DNA of 64,000 nucleotides from Candidatus Eiseniibacteriota bacterium (GTDB lineage Bacteria; Eisenbacteria; RBG-16-71-46): NCBI GenBank assembly GCA_963776245.1, contig CAVZLN010000003.1, positions 928,001 to 992,000 of the forward strand, read 5' to 3'. Shown piece by piece: positions 59,402 to 64,000 of this stretch (position 1 is its first letter; each line of letters starts with the position of its first letter). The notes under the pieces were generated by a model. It saw only the letters and a program-made list of their open reading frames with translations, ran no database searches and was not told where the DNA came from. The position numbers and the translations under genes were made by a program.

Positions 59402-61681
59402 TCAGTTCTGGGTCACCTTGCTGCCCTTGATCGTGACGTCGCTGCTCGCCTTCACGCTGATCTTGCCCGAGCCCTTCACCGTCACGTCCTTGCCGCTGAT
59501 GGTGATGGTGCCGTCCTTCTTGAGCAGCATCTCAGCGCTGCCCGTCTTGATGCTGATCTCCTCGTCGGCTTCGAGCGCGATCTTCTTGGCCTTGAGGACG
59601 AGGTTCTTCGCCGCGGTCACGCTCCCCGACTCGCCCGCGGTCGCGTCGAAGTTCTTGCCCACGCTCAGCGAGTGGTCGTTCCCCACCTGCACCGACTTGT
59701 TCGCGCCCACGTTCTCGCTCGCGTTCGCGCCCACCGTCACGGAATACGCGGCGCCCACCACCAGCTCGCACGCGGCGCCGACCGTCACCGCGCGATTGAC
59801 GCCCACCGTGATGGTCTCGGCCGTGCCCACGCTGAGCGAGGAGTTCGACGCCACCGTGGTGTCCATGTTCGAGCCCACCACCAGCGTCTGGTTCGAGCCG
59901 ATGGTCTCGGAGCGATTGACCCCGACCTTCAGCGTCATGTTCTTGCCGATCTGCTCCTCGTGATCCACGCCCACCTCGATGGTCTTGTTCGAGCCGATGG
60001 TCTCGAACTCGTCCACCCCGACCTTCTTGGTGCGGTTGTGGTCCACCGTCAGGGCCTCGTCGTGGCCGACCGACTCGGTGTTGTCGTTCTCCACCACCTC
60101 CTGCTTGTCCTTCTCGGCGTGGAGGTACACCTGCTCGCTCCCCTTCTTGTCCTCGAAGCGGAGCTCGTTGAAGTTCGCCGGCCCGCCGCCCTTGCTGCTG
60201 CGGCTCTTGATGCCGCTCTGGGTGGCCAGCTCCGGCAGCCCGTACGGGTGCGTCTGGCGGCCGTTGTACACGCGGCCGGTGACGATGGGCCGGTCGGGAT
60301 CGCCCTCGAGGAACTCCACGATCACCTCCTGCCCCATGCGCGGGATGTGCACGCCGCCCCAGTTCTGGCCGGCCCACACCTGGGCCACCCGGATCCAGCA
60401 CGAGCTGTTCTCGTCCTCCTCGTTGAGACGGTCCCAGTGGAAGTGCACCTTCACGCGGCCGTGCTTGTCGGTCCAGATCTCCTCGCCCGACTTGCCGGTC
60501 ACGGTCGCCGTCTGCGGGCCGGTGATGAGCGGCCGCGGCGTGGTGCGCGCGGGCCGGAACGGCACGTCGCTCGGCATGGCGGTGAAGGCGCAGCGGTACA
60601 CCGACTCCTTGACCTCCTTCTCGAGGCCCTCGTAGCCCGCCACCGCCAGCTCGTGGCGCGTCGAGACCACCAGCCAGTCGCGGTTCTGGTCGTCGCGCGG
60701 GTGTTCCTTGAGCGTGAACAGCTCGCCGACCGCCAGCCCGACCGCGTTGCTCATGCCGTCCACGGTCTCGAACCGGGCCTGCATCTCCTCGAGCCGCAGC
60801 TTGGCGTAGGCGCGGCCGCGGTCCTGCGCGTCCTGGTCGCTGCCGTCCCCGCTGGCCACCTCGTAGGGCTCCACGTAGCCGCCCGGCGGGTCGTAGATCT
60901 GCAGCGTCCCGTACGGGTGCGAGCGCGAGGCCGCGGCGCTGGCGGTGAGGTCGACCTGCGGGGTCACGAACTCGAAGTCGCGGTGCACGTGCTCGCCCGG
61001 CTGCACCTCCTGCTGGAGCAGCCACTGGTAGATGTGGTCCTCGCGCTGGAGCGAGTCGGCGGACGCGGAAATGAACGGGACCTCGTCGTACGCCTCGGCC
61101 GTCTTGTGCGATCCGGGCCCGTCGTACATCTCGAGCATGTGCACGCCCTCCGAGTGCCGGAAGGCGTAGTAGATGCCCTCCTCCTCCAGCAGCCGGCTGA
61201 CGAAGTCGAAGTCGGTCTCGCGGTACTGCACGCAGTAGGTGCGCGGCAGGTAGCTGGCCTGCAGCTTCTCCTCGAAGTCGGAGAAGCCGTGCTTGCGGAA
61301 CACGGCCTTCGCGATCTCGGTCACGAGCTTGGCGTTCCCCTCGGAGCCGTTCCCGAAGATACGGCAGTCCTGGGCGCGCGTCAGGAACCACAGCCACGGC
61401 CGCAGCGTGGCGTGGTAGCGTACCCAGCGGCCGGTGCGGCCGCTGTACGCGAAGCGCGTCACGTAGCCGTTGAACCAGCGCGTCTTGCCGTCGGGCAGGT
61501 CGACGCTGACCGACATGGTCTTGCCCAGGAGGGTCTCGCCCTGGATCGCCGGATCGTGGCTGAGCAGCTCGAGGTCGTAGCGGAACGGACGGCCCAGCTC
61601 CTCGGTGGTCGTCATCCGGAGCGGCAGCAGCACGTCCGGATCGAGCGGGGTGGTGAGGTGCACCAGTTTCGTCGTGCTCAT
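59402..61681 (-). CDS. vgrG: T6SS tip protein VgrG
   Basis: EELGRPF, YCVQYRETDFDFVSRLLEEEGIYY, GPQTATVTG, GRVKVHFHWDR, SSCWIRV, PRMGQEVIVEFLEGDPDRP, NELRFEDKKG.EQ...HAEKD; beta-helix repeats. Confidence 0.97.
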   Translation of the reverse strand: MSTTKLVHLTTPLDPDVLLPLRMTTTEELGRPFRYDLELLSHDPAIQGETLLGKTMSVSVDLPDGKTRWFNGYVTRFAYSGRTGRWVRYHATLRPWLWFLTRAQDCRIFGNGSEGNAKLVTEIAKAVFRKHGFSDFEEKLQASYLPRTYCVQYRETDFDFVSRLLEEEGIYYAFRHSEGVHMLEMYDGPGSHKTAEAYDEVPFISASADSLQREDHIYQWLLQQEVQPGEHVHRDFEFVTPQVDLTASAAASRSHPYGTLQIYDPPGGYVEPYEVASGDGSDQDAQDRGRAYAKLRLEEMQARFETVDGMSNAVGLAVGELFTLKEHPRDDQNRDWLVVSTRHELAVAGYEGLEKEVKESVYRCAFTAMPSDVPFRPARTTPRPLITGPQTATVTGKSGEEIWTDKHGRVKVHFHWDRLNEEDENSSCWIRVAQVWAGQNWGGVHIPRMGQEVIVEFLEGDPDRPIVTGRVYNGRQTHPYGLPELATQSGIKSRSSKGGGPANFNELRFEDKKGSEQVYLHAEKDKQEVVENDNTESVGHDEALTVDHNRTKKVGVDEFETIGSNKTIEVGVDHEEQIGKNMTLKVGVNRSETIGSNQTLVVGSNMDTTVASNSSLSVGTAETITVGVNRAVTVGAACELVVGAAYSVTVGANASENVGANKSVQVGNDHSLSVGKNFDATAGESGSVTAAKNLVLKAKKIALEADEEISIKTGSAEMLLKKDGTITISGKDVTVKGSGKISVKASSDVTIKGSKVTQN

Positions 61682-61822
61682 GGAGACCGTCCTCGGATGG
61701 AGCCGCGGGGCCCGCGGGTGACGCCTGCCTGGGCGGGCAGCGTAGCGCATCTCCGGCGCGGGACGCAGCGTCAATGCGCCGCGCCGTGGTGCGGCGTGGA
61801 CCTGCGCAGGGCGCCGGGTCGG

Positions 61823-62011
61823 CCATGCCTTCTCCGGGGCATGAATCCGCTCCGCCGGAATGCCCCTGCGAAGGCATGGCCGTCCCGGCGCGCGGCCTCG
61901 CGTCGCCGCGCGGAACCAGCGAGGGGCGCCGGGCCGTCCATGCCTTCTCCGGGGCATGAATCCGCTCCGCCGGAATGCCCCTGCGAAGGCATGGCCGTCC
62001 CGGCGCGCGGC
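61823..62011. repeat. Two identical 74-bp palindromic direct repeats
   Basis: Copies at 61823-61896 and 61938-62011 (period 115), each CCATGCCTTC-TCC-GGGGCAT...ATGCCCC-TGC-GAAGGCATGG. Confidence 0.9.
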
Positions 62012-62040
62012 GCGCGTTCCACTCTGCGAAGGCCTGCCGC

Positions 62041-63477
62041 GTGATCCCGCAGGTCCTCGACGCCCTCCACCACGCCGCCGACGCCGACGCGGCCTTCCGT
62101 CTCGCGCGCGGCGTCGAGGACGGGGGCGACGCCGCGGCGGCCGAGCTCGCGTACCGGCTGGTGCTGGAGCGATTCCCGGGCGAGGTGCGGGCGTGCAACA
62201 ACCTCGGCATGCTGCTCGAGGCCGTGGGCCGGACCGAGGAGGCGGAGGCGCTGTTCCGGGCGGCTCTGGAGCGCGACCCGGACGCGTCGCCGGTGCTCCT
62301 GAACCTCGGCACGCTCGAACACGGCCGGGGCCGTCGGGACGAGGCCGAGGCGCTGTACCGGCGCGTGCTGGAGCGCACGCCCGACGCGGTGCCCGCGCTC
62401 ATGAACCTGGCCCGGCTCCAGTTCGACCGCGGGGACTTCGAGCGAGCGGCCGCGTCGCTCGAGCGCGCCGCGGCGGTCGAGCCGGACTCGCCCGCGCTCG
62501 AGACCGCGTACGGCACGGTGCTGTTCGAGCAGGGTCGCCTGCGCGACGCGCTGACGCGCTTCGAGCGGGCGCTGGCGCTCGATCCCGGCGCGGCCGAGAA
62601 GCACTTCCACGTGGGTCGCGTGCTCGACTCCATGGGGCGCCATGACGAGGCCATCGCGGCCTACCGGGCGTCGCTGGCGATCCGCGGCGAGTCCGTGGTG
62701 GTCCACGAGCGCCTCGCGCGGCTGCTGGTCGAGACCGGGCGGCGCGACGAGGCCGAGGTGCTGCTGCGGGAGTGGCTCGCGGCCGAGCCCGGGCAGCCGG
62801 TGGCGACCCACTTCCTGGCGTCCATGGGCGCGGTGCCGCCGCCGCCGCGGGCCGCGGACGACTACGTGAGCCTGGTGTTCGACCGCTTCGCCGACGACTT
62901 CGACACCACGCTCGAGCGCCTGCAGTACCGGGCGCCCGAGCGGGTCGCCGAAGCGGTGCGCTCGCACCTCGGCGAGCCCGCCGCCGCCGCCACCATGCTG
63001 GACGCGGGCTGCGGCACGGGCCTGTGCGCGCCGCTGATCCGGCCGTGGGCGCGCACCCTGGTCGGCGTCGACCTGTCGCGGGGCATGCTGGACCGGGCGC
63101 GCGCGCGCGGAGGGTACGACCTGCTGGTGCGCGCGGAGCTGACCGCGTTCCTGTCCGCGCGCGCCGCGGTCTGGGACCTGATCGTCTCGGCGGACACGCT
63201 GGTCTACTTCGGCGACCTGGACGCCGTGCTGCGGGGCGCCGCGCGGGCCCTGCGGCCGGGCGGGTGGATGGTGTTCTCGCTCGAGCGCGCCGAGCCACGG
63301 CCGGGGGGAGCGCCCTTCGAGCTCCAGCTGCACGGCCGGTACCGGCACCGGGAGGACCACGCGGCCGCCGCGGTGCGGAAGGCGGGCCTCACGCTGGTCG
63401 CGGCGGAGGCCTTCACCCCGCGTCTCGAGTCGGCACGCCCGGTCGAAGGGCTGCTCGTGGTGGCGCGCCGGTCCTGA
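62041..63477 (+). CDS. TPR-repeat + class I SAM-dependent methyltransferase
   Basis: Several TPRs, then YVSLVFDRFADDFD..L..LQYRAP, LDAGCGTGL, GVDLS..ML, SADTLVYFGDL, LRPGG, GRYRH. Start uncertain. Confidence 0.85.
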   Translation: MIPQVLDALHHAADADAAFRLARGVEDGGDAAAAELAYRLVLERFPGEVRACNNLGMLLEAVGRTEEAEALFRAALERDPDASPVLLNLGTLEHGRGRRDEAEALYRRVLERTPDAVPALMNLARLQFDRGDFERAAASLERAAAVEPDSPALETAYGTVLFEQGRLRDALTRFERALALDPGAAEKHFHVGRVLDSMGRHDEAIAAYRASLAIRGESVVVHERLARLLVETGRRDEAEVLLREWLAAEPGQPVATHFLASMGAVPPPPRAADDYVSLVFDRFADDFDTTLERLQYRAPERVAEAVRSHLGEPAAAATMLDAGCGTGLCAPLIRPWARTLVGVDLSRGMLDRARARGGYDLLVRAELTAFLSARAAVWDLIVSADTLVYFGDLDAVLRGAARALRPGGWMVFSLERAEPRPGGAPFELQLHGRYRHREDHAAAAVRKAGLTLVAAEAFTPRLESARPVEGLLVVARRS

Positions 63478-63622
63478 AGCGGCCGCCGCGGCCGGGCCGG
63501 ACCCCCCGATCGCTCAAGACCCTTGCCTTGCCCCACCCGAACCGCCTAATCTGCGCGCTGGTCGCGCTCCAGCGGCCGCGGACGAGCCCTCGTTGCAATC
63601 CCACCCGAGCCCCAGGCGGATC

Positions 63623-64000
63623 ATGAGCGCTCTCGATCTCGAGTCCCTCCTCCGGGACCTCTCGGCGGATGCCCCGTGCGGCGAGAATGTCGAGTACGAC
63701 GCGTCGTTCGCCGCGATGGAGCGTGCCGCGCAGGGCAAGCCCGAGCAGCAGATGGGCGGCTCCATCATCGCGGCCGAGGAGCCCGACTGGCGCTCGGTGC
63801 AGGAGCTCGGTCTCGGATTGTTCAAGCGCACGCGCAACCTCCGCGTGGCCGTGCTGTTCGCCCGCGCGCAGCTGGGGCTGCGCGGCATGCCCGGCTTCGC
63901 CGACGGCGTGGCGCTGGTGCGCGGCCTGGTCGAGCGGCAGTGGGCCGGGGTGCACCCGCAGCTCGATCCGTCCGACGGCAACGACCCGACCATGCGCATC
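63623..64000 (+). CDS. tssA: T6SS TssA (ImpA N-terminal domain), 3'-truncated by the window edge
   Basis: Not in the ORF track (no stop in window). Translation MSALDLESLLRDLSADAPCGENVEYD.SF...GKPEQQMG...EEPDW...RTRNLRVA...W.GVHPQLD. Confidence 0.92.
   Translation, partial: MSALDLESLLRDLSADAPCGENVEYDASFAAMERAAQGKPEQQMGGSIIAAEEPDWRSVQELGLGLFKRTRNLRVAVLFARAQLGLRGMPGFADGVALVRGLVERQWAGVHPQLDPSDGNDPTMRI

Noticed and set aside
59600..60080. Repetitive sequence in the vgrG 3' region
   Set aside because: Normal gp5-like beta-helix repeats; no evolved effector domain on this VgrG.
61823..62011. CRISPR array
   Set aside because: Only two units, the 74-bp repeat is too long, and no cas genes are in the window.
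63523..63552. Promoter TTGCCT-N18-TAATCT before tssA
   Set aside because: Plausible, but too weak a match to list as a feature.

Overview
Very GC-rich bacterial genomic window. Positions 1-41.6 kb hold mostly housekeeping and envelope genes: a TatT-type TRAP transporter, a GWxTD/TPR protein, pepT, acs, an M16 peptidase, pfk, an AbgT transporter, a frameshifted PLP decarboxylase, add, an atypical transketolase, murB, an ABC exporter, moaA and mutY. They also include a short SelW/Rdx-family selenoprotein that the ORF track truncates at its in-frame UGA; a SECIS-like hairpin follows the UGA. From about 41.7 kb to the end lies a type VI secretion (T6SS) locus. It opens with an FHA/phosphatase module (Zn-ribbon-FHA, FHA-FHA-TM-lytic transglycosylase, vWA-like-TM-FHA, PP2C) followed by tssJKLM. 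An oppositely oriented spike/effector cassette comes next: vgrG, DUF6484, TIGR02270-like, DUF2169, thiolase-like adaptor, DUF4150 PAAR-like effector, putative immunity and a small membrane protein. A TPR-methyltransferase and the 5' part of tssA close the window. The most notable observation is that the C-terminal domain of the PAAR-like effector aligns by eye with the catalytic motifs of edema factor/CyaA/ExoY-type nucleotidyl cyclase toxins, in a compact and divergent form, and is followed by an acidic candidate immunity gene. vgrG is bracketed by two doublets of palindromic elements. Several single-base indels look like sequence errors. All family calls come from motif recognition by eye; no database search was run.
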